Of a stretch of 64,000 nucleotides of DNA, positions 20,801-29,717 are shown one piece after another; within the stretch, counting starts at the first letter, position 1, and the number at the start of each line of letters is the position of its first letter. Source of the DNA: Cenarchaeum sp. (GTDB lineage: Archaea; Thermoproteota; Nitrososphaeria; Nitrososphaerales; Nitrosopumilaceae). Under the pieces are notes generated by a model that saw nothing but the letters and a program-made list of their open reading frames with translations, was not told the DNA's origin and ran no database searches. The stretch covers positions 832,001 to 896,000 of the forward strand of contig OY843584.1 of assembly GCA_963692915.1 (NCBI GenBank), written 5' to 3'. The translations under genes and the position numbers were made by a program.

Positions 20801-21314
20801 GCTAAAGGCCACGCGCGTAAATGACCGCAAGCGCCTGGCCACCATTGCAGTGTCGCTCTCCGAGAGGGCGACAGGTGCGGATTCCGGAATGCGCGGGTTT
20901 CTGAACGCCATTGCCACCAGTGCCCTTGATGACGATGAGTGGATAGGGTATGTGGCAATGGTCCTGACAGAAAAGCCAGTTGCTGACTGGACTGACGAGA
21001 CTAGAAGGGTGTTTGACACAAACCTCAAAGATCTGGCCAGCAGGTTTCTTCGTCTCATGGCACTAAACTTTGACGAGTCCGCAAGGCACCTTAGCGCATC
21101 ACCGCCACCGTACAGGATCACGGTTACAAACAGGGACGGGACAGAGAGCATTAACGTGGCCATTGCAGGTGGCGGCAAGGACAAGATGGCAGACAGGGTG
21201 GTCGACGAAATGGTCAGCATTATGGACAAAAAGGGCATGGCTCGCCAGGACGTGATCCTGGCACTAATGGCATCACTTAGCAAGAGGCTGCAGGACAAAA
21301 AGTCCAGTGGATAG
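17865..21314 (+). CDS. sspC: Large P-loop ATPase (SspC-like)
   Basis: ITGPYGSGKS Walker A, ILVDEFGKNLE Walker B, EWAKVQGRF, CYPLNP, ERTLVSF; follows DUF4007 with an ATGA overlap. Confidence 0.88.
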   Translation: MRRKRVAKATRPVKSTRSAKSATVRTEPLSRLVTPIESFMRSTNVERDTAGAGSLGTYIANASALDTVQRLADSMAGGGRAFSITGPYGSGKSTLAVFLGGLLGPSSDADWKYAHRLLHGIAPDMARNVTDGRKGLGAHRGGFARCTVVAGKEPISATIIRALDKGARDRFGTRYSARDFATAGQLRRLYGEIRQASGAAAHGASHTGAIMEIVRGMCSRVPVVILVDEFGKNLEYLAEGGAGDGDVFSLQSMAEAGTGPGALPLFVVTMQHMSFEEYGTRMSGAHRREWAKVQGRFEDIPFENSAEQTRLLVSRSLCARGGASGRKAVDSWSAAHMASLTRLGLADGLGNGLLASCYPLNPLALLVLPELCARYGQYERTLVSFVAGAGRDAVPAFIDRSRWSAGALPSMDVESLYDYFVSSHQSAGSASAANVTRLMEITTVIRDSHGLSRAAIKALKTIGVLNLVSTSGSLRASRDVMRYAVGPEAEAALEELEEKSIITHRAYADEYRVWRGTDVDIQAHTEILRAKYADMPLARTLAIVSPLEPMMAARHGIKTGTMRMFGRRFLGDGIDEAASGQDHDGVIMYMTDQFASLPPVSAGALPTIVVRPTVDMEDVRSVALETAAIREMLETDDAIKGDWVARRELWDRMVHGITGIETGLERAYGDDAEWWLVNVGARPRRLDKSGGVAVSAAADIAYPKTPHAHNEMVNRTRLSTQASRARLTLINAMVMRHGEESLGMTGWGPERAMYESVLKRTGMHARSGRSWGIARPRSGLCAAWDLVMSSIARSRRHRVNVSEVYSALKAPPIGAKAGIMPILLVAALLTKRDDVALYEHGTYKPTMAPEVIERLLKNPGHFEIKHLASRTGHKAKAIRGVAAALGANASLLGVIGELVKAASRLPAYTRVTKTMGRHDTAVRDAILRSTEPDVMLFEALPRALGVDLSSSQFGTRLAKSVKALEKFHPDMLDALRAALLKATRVNDRKRLATIAVSLSERATGADSGMRGFLNAIATSALDDDEWIGYVAMVLTEKPVADWTDETRRVFDTNLKDLASRFLRLMALNFDESARHLSASPPPYRITVTNRDGTESINVAIAGGGKDKMADRVVDEMVSIMDKKGMARQDVILALMASLSKRLQDKKSSG

Positions 21315-21394
21315 GCCGTCATGGGCGACGGGGCAGAATTTGCCGTGCCACAGAAACAGGTATCCAGTGTGCGCAAGACGCAAATGTCTCCCGA

Positions 21395-22870
21395 CCATGC
21401 CACATCTGCCACGTATTTAAAAACCAGAGATAACGCTTATACGATCAGCGGCCAGCTCCAAGGCCAATGTCAGGACAAGAGCATGCCACGCCATGCCCTA
21501 CTTGCGGGAGCACCAGGGCCGCAGCGGAGGCCGACAGGGTGCCAAAAAAGGAGATCAGCGCGTATGAAAGCCGGATGATTCGGCTCAGGCTAGAGGCCGA
21601 GGGCGGGCCACTCGCCCCCATACCGGGATCCGCTGTCCCCATATTCCACGTCCTCTGCAACGCAGGCGTGATTGACTGTGACATGTCCCCAAAGGACGAG
21701 GACAACGACACTCGCCTGTCCCTGAACATGCTGGTATACTTTGCAAAGCACAGGTTTGGGTGTCCGGGGCTGGAGAGGTATGTCTTTGATTGGAGCGCGG
21801 TGAGCACATTCTCGATGAGGCTAGAGCTCGACTTTGATGACATGAAGGGATTTCATTCAGAGCCGGCCCAAGAGTGGGACAGAAAGGACGAGTTTGTAGA
21901 GTTTGCGCGCAAGCACGGCAACGACGTCGAGTGGCTCCAGATAGCCTCGGCTATATGTTACATAGATGACGAGATGATGAAGGATTCCGTGACGCTCACG
22001 CGGGAGGAGATGATCGACGAGGCGTGCCAGTGGTACATATTCCATCCCGAGGCCGTGCCAGGGGTGTACGACGACATTGCCGACATGCTAGCAAGGACAC
22101 GGGGTGACGCGCAGCCCAGGGCGCCGGACACTGCATAAGTGCCACATGGGGCGCACATTAGGCAGCAGGAGTCCATAGGCCATGCTACGCCTACCACGTA
22201 TTTAAAAACCAGAGATAACGCTTATACGATCAACGGCCCGCTCCAAGGCCAATGTCCGAGCAAGAGCACGCCATGCAGTGTCCGACCTGCGGGAGTCCCC
22301 AGGCCACATCAGAGGTCGTCAAGGTGCCAAAAGCGGACACCGGTGCCCACGATGGCCAGAGGAAACGGCCCAGGCTAACCTCCAAGATCGGAGCCCCGCC
22401 TCCAGGATCCGCTGTCCCCATATTCCATGTCCTCTGCGACGCCGGCGTGGTTGGCTGCGGCATATCGCCTAGCAAGGGTAGCGTCGCGGAGCGCCTGGCA
22501 CTGAACATACTGGTATACTTTGCAAAGCACAGGTTTGGGTGTCCCGGACTAGAGAGGTTTGACTACGAGTGGAGCATATCAAGTCCCCACTCGATCAGGC
22601 TCGAGATCGACCTTGATGACATTACTGATCTCCATTCAGAGCCGGCCCAAGAGTGGGACAGAAAGGCCGAGTTTGTCAAGTTTGCGCAAAAGCACGGCAA
22701 CGACGCCGAATGGCTCCAGATAGCCGCGACGATATGCCACATAGATGACGAGATGAGAAAAGACTCCGTGACGCCCACGCGAGAAGAGATGATCGACGAG
22801 GCGCGCCAGTGGTACATATACAATTCCAAGGCAGTTCCAGGGGTGTATGACGACATTGCCGACATGCTGG
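21395..22870 (+). repeat. Diverged tandem duplication (~785-bp period) including the promoter
   Basis: 39-bp identical block CCACGTATTTAAAAACCAGAGATAACGCTTATACGATCA at 21409-21447 and 22194-22232. Confidence 0.92.
21467..22138 (+). CDS. Hypothetical protein with CPTC knuckle and YwgA/Panacea(DUF4065)-like domain, copy 1
   Basis: RLSLNMLVYFA...YVFDW...FSMRL and WLQIASAICYI resemble the LQKLVY...F.W..GPYS...WLEL.AS pattern. Confidence 0.55.
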   Translation: MSGQEHATPCPTCGSTRAAAEADRVPKKEISAYESRMIRLRLEAEGGPLAPIPGSAVPIFHVLCNAGVIDCDMSPKDEDNDTRLSLNMLVYFAKHRFGCPGLERYVFDWSAVSTFSMRLELDFDDMKGFHSEPAQEWDRKDEFVEFARKHGNDVEWLQIASAICYIDDEMMKDSVTLTREEMIDEACQWYIFHPEAVPGVYDDIADMLARTRGDAQPRAPDTA

Positions 22871-22884
22871 TGCGGGGCAGGTGA
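22252..22884 (+). CDS. Paralog of the preceding gene, copy 2
   Basis: Long identical peptide blocks (GSAVPIFHVLC, LVYFAKHRFGCPGLER, HSEPAQEWDRK, AVPGVYDDIADML) and a duplicated upstream region. Confidence 0.6.
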   Translation: MSEQEHAMQCPTCGSPQATSEVVKVPKADTGAHDGQRKRPRLTSKIGAPPPGSAVPIFHVLCDAGVVGCGISPSKGSVAERLALNILVYFAKHRFGCPGLERFDYEWSISSPHSIRLEIDLDDITDLHSEPAQEWDRKAEFVKFAQKHGNDAEWLQIAATICHIDDEMRKDSVTPTREEMIDEARQWYIYNSKAVPGVYDDIADMLVRGR

Positions 22885-22893
22885 CATGCAGAT

Positions 22894-23472
22894 ATGGACA
22901 TGCCAAGAGTTCTCACGCTGTCGCTCATGCTTGTCGTAGTCATAGGCGGAGGACTAGTCACAATTCATGCAGGTTCCCTGATCGCCACAGGAAATCTCTA
23001 TAATGCCGTCTCGCTGCTCTCGTCTATCATTGCCCTAACAGTGGCCACGGTATACGGATATTATGCATATATGCTAGGCGTGTTTAATTACCTAACGATT
23101 CGGAAGGCAGAAAAATTCCGGCTTTGCGAGGAGACTGACTCGCTTCTGCGCTCACTTGGCATCCTGTCCAACATATGCAAGCGCATGATTATGGCATATG
23201 AGGCAAGAATTCCAGACACGTCAAAGATCACGATCTCAGATAGTGACAAGGCGACTGTTGAAAAGCACGTATACATGGTAAAAGACGCCATAATTAGCGC
23301 CAGGGCAGAGAGCAGCACCAAGATTCGCCCATTGGATCAGGCCGATCGGATGGCATCACTGATGCAAAAAAATACTCTTGACACCATTGACGTTCAGAAT
23401 GTGAGAGGCATCGCATTGAGCATAGCAGAACATATCACAGACACAAGACTCCAGGCCAAATCGCGCGCCTAG
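22894..23472 (+). CDS. Hypothetical membrane protein (2 N-terminal TM)
   Basis: 192-aa ORF with two hydrophobic segments and a soluble tail; last gene of the island. Confidence 0.65.
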   Translation: MDMPRVLTLSLMLVVVIGGGLVTIHAGSLIATGNLYNAVSLLSSIIALTVATVYGYYAYMLGVFNYLTIRKAEKFRLCEETDSLLRSLGILSNICKRMIMAYEARIPDTSKITISDSDKATVEKHVYMVKDAIISARAESSTKIRPLDQADRMASLMQKNTLDTIDVQNVRGIALSIAEHITDTRLQAKSRA

Positions 23473-23591
23473 CCCTGCCCTGCACGCCATGCCACACAGG
23501 GCCGCCGAATGCAGCACTGCCCTAGACCCCTAGCGCCAGTGTGCGGCCGGCGCGCCAATGTTAATTAATGAAGGAGCGCCGCACCGTCGCA

Positions 23592-24602
23592 TTGCGCGTG
23601 ATACTCTGCGGCTTTGGCGTCGTGGGCCAGAGCCTCGCTAGGCTCCTCGAGTCGAGGGCAGGCGACCTGTACTCTAGGTTTGGCGTAAAGCCGCGCATAG
23701 TCGGAGTTGCTGACAGCGGCGGGGCCGTGGCCGACTCTGCGGGGCTTGACGCATCAACGCTAGTGGCCGCAAAGGGGCGCGGCAGGTCAGTTGCCACGTG
23801 CGAGGGCGGCGTGGCCGGCCGCACCGGCACCGAGATGATCAAGGACGCCGAGGCCGACGTCCTAGTCGAGACGACTAGCAGCAACTATACTGACGCCGAG
23901 CCCGGCATGTCACATATCATGACTGCGATGGGCCGCCGCATGCACGTGATATCTGCCAACAAGGGCCCGCTCGCCCTAGCGTTCCCCTCGCTCATGGAGC
24001 TTGCCGGCCACAACGGCGTCTCACTCAGGTTTGGCGGCACAGTCGGCGGCGGCACGCCGATACTCGACTATGCAAAGAACAGCCTGCGCGGCGAGCGCAT
24101 CGTCTCCTTTAGGGGAATACTCAACGGGACGACAAACTATATCCTCACGGGCATGGCCGGCGGCATGTCATTTGATGACGCGCTGGGTGACGCGAGGTCA
24201 AAGGGCTACGTCGAGGCCGACGAGTCACTCGACCTAGACGGCCTCGATGCGGCAGCAAAGCTCGTCATACTCGCAAACTGGGTCATGGGCATGAAGGTCA
24301 CGATGCCTGACATTGACCGCACGGGCATACGTGACGTCAGCGGCGAGGACGTCAGGCGCGCAGAAGGGGCAGGAAGCGCGATAAAGCTCATAGCGTCATG
24401 CGACGGCGTCCTCAGCGTGGGCCCGCGCGAGGTCGGCACTGATGATCCCCTCTGCGTGAACGGGACGCTCAACGGAATATCATTTGTCTCCGAGCACTCG
24501 GGCACGCAGACGATAATCGGGAGGGGTGCCGGCGGGACAGAGACTGCAAGCTCCATAGTGCGCGACCTCATTGACATACGGCGGGACATGACGCGGCAAT
24601 GA
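23592..24602 (+). CDS. hom: Homoserine dehydrogenase
   Basis: GFGVVG, SANKGP, TVGGGTP, GILNGTTN, GRGAGG.ETAS; start set to TTG 23592. Confidence 0.96.
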   Translation: MRVILCGFGVVGQSLARLLESRAGDLYSRFGVKPRIVGVADSGGAVADSAGLDASTLVAAKGRGRSVATCEGGVAGRTGTEMIKDAEADVLVETTSSNYTDAEPGMSHIMTAMGRRMHVISANKGPLALAFPSLMELAGHNGVSLRFGGTVGGGTPILDYAKNSLRGERIVSFRGILNGTTNYILTGMAGGMSFDDALGDARSKGYVEADESLDLDGLDAAAKLVILANWVMGMKVTMPDIDRTGIRDVSGEDVRRAEGAGSAIKLIASCDGVLSVGPREVGTDDPLCVNGTLNGISFVSEHSGTQTIIGRGAGGTETASSIVRDLIDIRRDMTRQ

Positions 24603-25072
24603 GGACAGACACGCTCTCAAAGAGCGACACTGCCGGACTGGTCTCAAGGATTGCCGAGCAGTGGCACGGTGTTGGGGCGCCCTCGGCGCGCAACGCAAGG
24701 GTCCACCGCCTAGAGGGCTCGCTACTCTACGAGCTAGACGGTGTGCGCGTCCTAGAGGTCGACGGCGCGCTCTTGCCGTTTCTCGGGCAGGACGAGACGC
24801 TCGCCGCATTCCCAAGGGTCACAGTCGACACGGGTGCGGTGAGGTTCATGTGCAACGGCGCAAACCTCATGCGCCCAGGCATAACAGGCAACACAGAGTT
24901 TGCCACAGATGACATTGTGTGCATTGCCGAGGAGGCCCATGGCAAGTACCTCGCAGTCGGCCGCGCGCGCGTCGCTAGCGCCGAGGTCGAGACGATGAAG
25001 CGCGGCGAGGTCGTCACAAACATGCACTATGTGTCTGACAGGCACTGGAATGCGGCCAAGGCCATATCCTAG
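24599..25072 (+). CDS. PUA-domain RNA-binding protein
   Basis: VTVDTGAVRFMCNGANLMRPGI...HYVSD. Confidence 0.9.
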   Translation: MRTDTLSKSDTAGLVSRIAEQWHGVGAPSARNARVHRLEGSLLYELDGVRVLEVDGALLPFLGQDETLAAFPRVTVDTGAVRFMCNGANLMRPGITGNTEFATDDIVCIAEEAHGKYLAVGRARVASAEVETMKRGEVVTNMHYVSDRHWNAAKAIS

Positions 25073-25665
25073 GGCGCTTCGCTAAACTCGCGCGCGCCTG
25101 ATGCGTTGACCACCATGACGTCAATGCCATCACCGCTCGCCGTGTCCCTCATCGAGGCCGAGCGGATCGACTTTTTGGCGAGCGTGACTGCGTCATCCTC
25201 GGACATGCCTTCACGGAACTGTGGATCCAGCACGCCGAGTGCCATCTCGGCGCCGGTTCCCACTGCGGCATACCTGTCGGGGAGGACCGAGCCTAGCGGG
25301 TCTAGCGTGTATATCGACGGCTCGCCGACGACTCCGCCCACGATGACCTGCGTGAGGAGCGGAAAGAAGCGCCTCTCGTACATCATGTTTGACATCATCT
25401 TTGCGACCGTGTTGGGCGGCACGTCCCTCTGTATCTCCATGGCCCGAATCCTCGAGAGGGCAGCTATCTGGAGCGAGAGTATCTGCATGTCGGCCACGAG
25501 GCCCGCGCACGTCGCGCCGACCTTTGGGGTGATCTGGAAGACCTTTTTGGTCGACTTTGAGACTAGGAGGTTGCCGTAGGCTATGCGCTTTTCGCTCGCA
25601 AAGACGACACCGCCGTCAAATATCATGCCGACTGCAGTCGCGCCTGGCATATACATGTAGGACAC
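25069..25665 (-). CDS. psmB: Proteasome beta subunit
   Basis: GATAVG, ASEKR, AGLVADMQ, AVGTG, RDTASGDG; start set to GTG 25665. Confidence 0.95.
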   Translation of the reverse strand: MSYMYMPGATAVGMIFDGGVVFASEKRIAYGNLLVSKSTKKVFQITPKVGATCAGLVADMQILSLQIAALSRIRAMEIQRDVPPNTVAKMMSNMMYERRFFPLLTQVIVGGVVGEPSIYTLDPLGSVLPDRYAAVGTGAEMALGVLDPQFREGMSEDDAVTLAKKSIRSASMRDTASGDGIDVMVVNASGAREFSEAP

Positions 25666-25717
25666 GCCCAAGCGGGCCGGGGGGCACAATAAAGGGGTTT
25701 CTGCCTGCGCACGACGC

Positions 25718-25944
25718 TGTGCGCGCAGGGCGCGCCCCTGATCGCAGGGTCCTGGCGCGGATCGTGGGGCGCAGCCGGCACGAGGCAGCAGGTGGCGCCG
25801 CACGGCAGGCCATCATGCAGCCCCTGCCGGGGGCACTCGTGTGAGCACGAACCCCCTCGAGCGGATTGCGGCGCGCCAGGGAGGAGGCAGGGGACGACCC
25901 TGCCGTCCTAAGGCGCGAGTCAGCAGGCGATCCCTGCGTGTGCG
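25718..25944 (+). ncRNA. Candidate structured non-coding RNA of unknown class
   Basis: Nested pairings by eye: 25718-25730/25932-25944 (G-U wobbles favour the + strand), 25751-25759/25872-25880, and several internal hairpins. Confidence 0.4.
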
Positions 25945-25950
25945 TGATCG

Positions 25951-26811
25951 CTACTCGTACCGGTCAAACTGGACCATCACGCCGGGCAGCTCGTCGATAA
26001 TGTCAGTTGCGAGCATGTGCGCACCCAGGCGCTCCTGGATGCGCTCGCCGGCTGACGCGTTGACAAAGGCCGCAGCGGTGGCCGCCTCACGTGCGTTACG
26101 GTTTCGCGCGAGTATCGAGGCGGCGATTCCAGAGAGGACATCGCCGGTTCCGCCGACGGTCATGGCCGGCGCGCGCTTTTTGCACACCACAGTCACGCTG
26201 CCGTCTGATATCACGTCAGTTGGCCCCTTTAGGAGTATGGTCGTCGAGCAGGCCGCCGCGCGCGATTCTACAGCCGCAATGCGCGACTCGAGGTCCACGG
26301 GCGGTGCCTCGCCAAAGAGGCGCGCATACTCGCCGGCATGCGGCGTGAGCAGGCAGTTCTTGCCCGATATTGCCGGCAGGATCGCAGCAGAAAGGGCACC
26401 GGCGTCAAGGACCAGGCGGGTGTCGGCGGCGACGAGCGATGAGACGAGGAGCTCGAGGGCTCCATCCTCGGCGACTGTGAGTCCCATGCCGATGGCTGCA
26501 GAGTCTATACCGACAGGGGCAGCTCCGACGAGCTTTCTTGCCGCGCCGCGCGTGAGCTTTTGGTCGGCGAGCGGGATGACGATGAGATTGGGCGAGATGG
26601 ACCGGATCGCCGTGGCGTGGTGCGGCGGAACTGCAGTGTACACTAGGTCAGAGCCGGCCCTTAGTGCGGCGAGTGACGAGAGCGCAGGCGCGCCATGGTA
26701 TGTCGTGCCGCCGCCGACTATGAGAACCTTGCCGTTCTGCCCCTTTCTTGAGGTGATTTTGCGCGGCGGGATGCATGTTCCCGCGTCTGCGGCAGTTATG
26801 GTCGACGCCAA
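25951..26811 (-). CDS. nnrD: ADP/ATP-dependent NAD(P)H-hydrate dehydratase (YjeF C-terminal domain)
   Basis: RKGQNGKVLIVGG..YHGAP, LDAGAL, LTPHAGE, GGTGDVLSG; start set to TTG 26811. Confidence 0.93.
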   Translation of the reverse strand: MASTITAADAGTCIPPRKITSRKGQNGKVLIVGGGTTYHGAPALSSLAALRAGSDLVYTAVPPHHATAIRSISPNLIVIPLADQKLTRGAARKLVGAAPVGIDSAAIGMGLTVAEDGALELLVSSLVAADTRLVLDAGALSAAILPAISGKNCLLTPHAGEYARLFGEAPPVDLESRIAAVESRAAACSTTILLKGPTDVISDGSVTVVCKKRAPAMTVGGTGDVLSGIAASILARNRNAREAATAAAFVNASAGERIQERLGAHMLATDIIDELPGVMVQFDRYE

Positions 26812-26837
26812 CGTGACCCCACGGCGACACCAGGGCG

Positions 26838-27659
26838 TTAAGTCCCTTTCGCGCCATCGGTGGCCGCCTGCGCGCGTGCGCGCCCAAAGTGCGCCTTGCG
26901 CGCGTGGCAGAGGTACGCCGTGTGCCCTATGGGCTGGAACGCGTGCCTCGTCTTGCCCTCCCTGGCGTTTATCGGCCGCAGTATGTGCTCGCTGCACTCG
27001 ATATCGGTAAACTCGTTCTGAACTAGCTCGGCGACGAGGCGCTCGAGCTGGTTGACCGTTGGGCACACGGCAAAGAGAGCGCCGCTGTCGCGCAGCATCT
27101 TGCGCGCCTGCGGCAGGACCGTCCACGGATCGCCAAGATCCACTATGACGAGGTCTGCACCCGAGACTGGCATCCTCTTGGCAGACTTTAGGTCCACCTT
27201 GTTGAGCGTGACATGGTCGGACATGCCGGCGCGCGCAATGTTCTTTGCTGCAATCTTCATAAACTCCTCATCGACGTCAAACGAGTGGACATGGCCATCA
27301 GGCTTTACGATGCTGGCCGCAAATATCGTGAGCGCGCCGCTTCCGGTTCCAATCTCGACGACTGTCTGCCCGCCCATGAGTCCAGAGCGGGCCGCGATAT
27401 AGCCCAGGTCCTTTGGATACACGATCTGCGTGCCGTGCTGGAGCTTCATTATGTGGTCGTGTGTCGTTGGCCTCAGGAGATAGACATACTTGTCCTTGTT
27501 TGTCACAAGCCTGGTCCCGTAGCGCCGGCCGATCGCATCACGGTGGTCGATGACCCCAATGTGCGTGTGGAGCTGCCCCCCATCAGACACCCTGACTAGC
27601 CACTTTTTTGTCCCGTTATAGTAAAAGAGGACGTCATCGCCGGCTTCTATCTTTTCCAT
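26838..27659 (-). CDS. trmI: tRNA (adenine-N1)-methyltransferase (m1A57/58)
   Basis: TQIVYPKD, EIGTGSGAL, DLGDPW, CPTVNQ, GHTAYL. Confidence 0.93.
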   Translation of the reverse strand: MEKIEAGDDVLFYYNGTKKWLVRVSDGGQLHTHIGVIDHRDAIGRRYGTRLVTNKDKYVYLLRPTTHDHIMKLQHGTQIVYPKDLGYIAARSGLMGGQTVVEIGTGSGALTIFAASIVKPDGHVHSFDVDEEFMKIAAKNIARAGMSDHVTLNKVDLKSAKRMPVSGADLVIVDLGDPWTVLPQARKMLRDSGALFAVCPTVNQLERLVAELVQNEFTDIECSEHILRPINAREGKTRHAFQPIGHTAYLCHARKAHFGRARAQAATDGAKGT

Positions 27660-27711
27660 CTGCGCGCGCGCGATGCGCACGGTGTAATATATCCACGCCG
27701 CGCGATATGGC

Positions 27712-29598
27712 CTACATGCGGCCAGGAAGCGGGATTCCGAGGTGGGCCGCGACGCCCTCGAGTGTGACCCTGAACGAGGTGACCAGCTCGACTCGTGCGG
27801 CCGTAGCTCCGCTGCCCCCGTCCCCGCCGGCAACCCTGACATGCTCATAGAACGAGTTGAACGTGACGGCGAGATCGTGGGCGTATCGCGCAAGAACCTT
27901 GGGTGAGAGGCCAGCAGCCGCACCGCGCAGTGCGACCCCAAGCGAGCCTATCGCCATGACGAGGGCGCGCTCGTGGGAGCCTGCGAGTGCCCCATAGTCT
28001 GCCTTGCCGTGGTCGATCCCCGCCTTTTCAAGCACGCGGATCGCGCGCGCGTGGGAGTACTGGAGGTATGCGGCCGTGTCGCCATCGAGGCTGAGCGAGC
28101 GCGCAAGATCAAACGTGATGGCCCTGTCGAGATCCTGCCGGACCATCTCATAACGGATTGCGCCGACGGCGATCTGCTCGGCGATCGTGCGCACCTCGGC
28201 AGCATCCATCCCCTCGTTGCGCCCAGAGGTCTCGGCCATTGCGCGCTCGAGGAGCGAGTCGAGGACAGAGTCAGCGCCCACATAGAGTCCCCTCCTGCCA
28301 GACATCTGGACGCTCTTGCCCCCCGTGGCCAGGCCAATGCCCTGTGCGGTCTCGGCGCTCAGAGTGACTGACTCGTATGCGAGGTGCACGTATGCGCCCT
28401 CGGCGATGCCAAAAAAGCGGCGCAGGAGCGACTCGATGATCGCCTGGAGGCGCGACTGGCGCGAGTCTATGACCGTTATGACGCGCCCTGCTGACAGGTC
28501 GTGCGCCCTGCCGCCCGAGCCGCGCAGTGCCGTGCAGAGCAGCGCACGATCAGGCTGATCCTGCGCATACGCGACGTACTCAAAGGGGTCATCGACGAGG
28601 CCCAGCTTCCATGCGGCATACGGTATGTCCTTGGCCATGTACGTTGCCGTCCCGCCGCTCCTGACGAGAACCTTGTCATCATCGTCCTCGCCTGCCCCCG
28701 GAACCGTCCAGCATCCGGCGTTCTTGCCGTCTGTCTCGAGGCGAACCGTGCCCGCATCCTTGAGGCGCGCAAATATCTCGTCCCACATGCCAGAGCGCAG
28801 TATGTGCGACTCAAAGTTGAGGCAGTCATACCGTGCTCCCACACGCCAGCACGTCTGAAGCTGCGAGTCGAGGATCATGCGCGTCAGCCTGTCGGCAAGT
28901 CGAGCCTCCTCGGTTCCGTCACGCTCCATTGCTGTCAGTATTGCCCCTGCCTCCCGCTTTAGACCCTCATCCTCCTCTATGCGAGCCATTGCGCCCACAT
29001 ATACCGTGTCGCCACAGTACGCGTCAAACTTTTGACCCTCCGGTGGCGACTCGTCAAAGCCAAGGCGCGTGAATCCCAGTATGAGGTTTGCCACCTGCAG
29101 GCCAGAGTCATCCACATAGTTGAGCGTGTGCACGTCATGGTTTGTTGCTGCAAGTATGCGCGCCACGGTGTCTCCCACGATGACGTTGCGCAGGTGCCCT
29201 ATGTGGAGAGCCTTGTTTGGGTTTACGCTTGTGTGCTCGACGGTGACGCGTTCCCCGTGGCCAATGTCGGCCCTGCAGTACGTCGCCTGCTGTGATGCGG
29301 TGATCGTCTCGGTGGCCAGTGCTGCAGCATCGGCAAAAAAGTTGACGTGACCAGAGGCGTGAGCCTCAACTCTCCCAACGAGTCGGCGCGGTTTGCACAA
29401 GCGCGCAATGTCTGTGGCAATCTCGCGCGGCGCGCGATGCGCAGAGCGCGCAAGTAGGAATGCCACGTTGGAGGAGACGTCGCCAAACCCTGGCCTAGCC
29501 GAGGGCTCGACGCCATAGTCGAGCCCGTCGAGGCCGAGCGCGCCCATGGCCGAGTCGACCATTGCGCGAGCCTCAGAGACGAGCGCATCAAGGGTCAT
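27712..29598 (-). CDS. argS: Arginine--tRNA ligase
   Basis: EHTSVNPNKALHIGHLRN, MSGRRG, YLQYSHAR, FNSFY. Confidence 0.97.
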   Translation of the reverse strand: MTLDALVSEARAMVDSAMGALGLDGLDYGVEPSARPGFGDVSSNVAFLLARSAHRAPREIATDIARLCKPRRLVGRVEAHASGHVNFFADAAALATETITASQQATYCRADIGHGERVTVEHTSVNPNKALHIGHLRNVIVGDTVARILAATNHDVHTLNYVDDSGLQVANLILGFTRLGFDESPPEGQKFDAYCGDTVYVGAMARIEEDEGLKREAGAILTAMERDGTEEARLADRLTRMILDSQLQTCWRVGARYDCLNFESHILRSGMWDEIFARLKDAGTVRLETDGKNAGCWTVPGAGEDDDDKVLVRSGGTATYMAKDIPYAAWKLGLVDDPFEYVAYAQDQPDRALLCTALRGSGGRAHDLSAGRVITVIDSRQSRLQAIIESLLRRFFGIAEGAYVHLAYESVTLSAETAQGIGLATGGKSVQMSGRRGLYVGADSVLDSLLERAMAETSGRNEGMDAAEVRTIAEQIAVGAIRYEMVRQDLDRAITFDLARSLSLDGDTAAYLQYSHARAIRVLEKAGIDHGKADYGALAGSHERALVMAIGSLGVALRGAAAGLSPKVLARYAHDLAVTFNSFYEHVRVAGGDGGSGATAARVELVTSFRVTLEGVAAHLGIPLPGRM

Positions 29599-29717
29599 GC
29601 GAGCCTGCCCCGCGACCCGCGTGGCCGTGTCCTGCCATACCCACATGATCTCCGCAATGCCTGTCGCGCGCGGCGCGCACGGCAACAATATTAAGAATAG
29701 CCCCACGCGCGCGCCGT

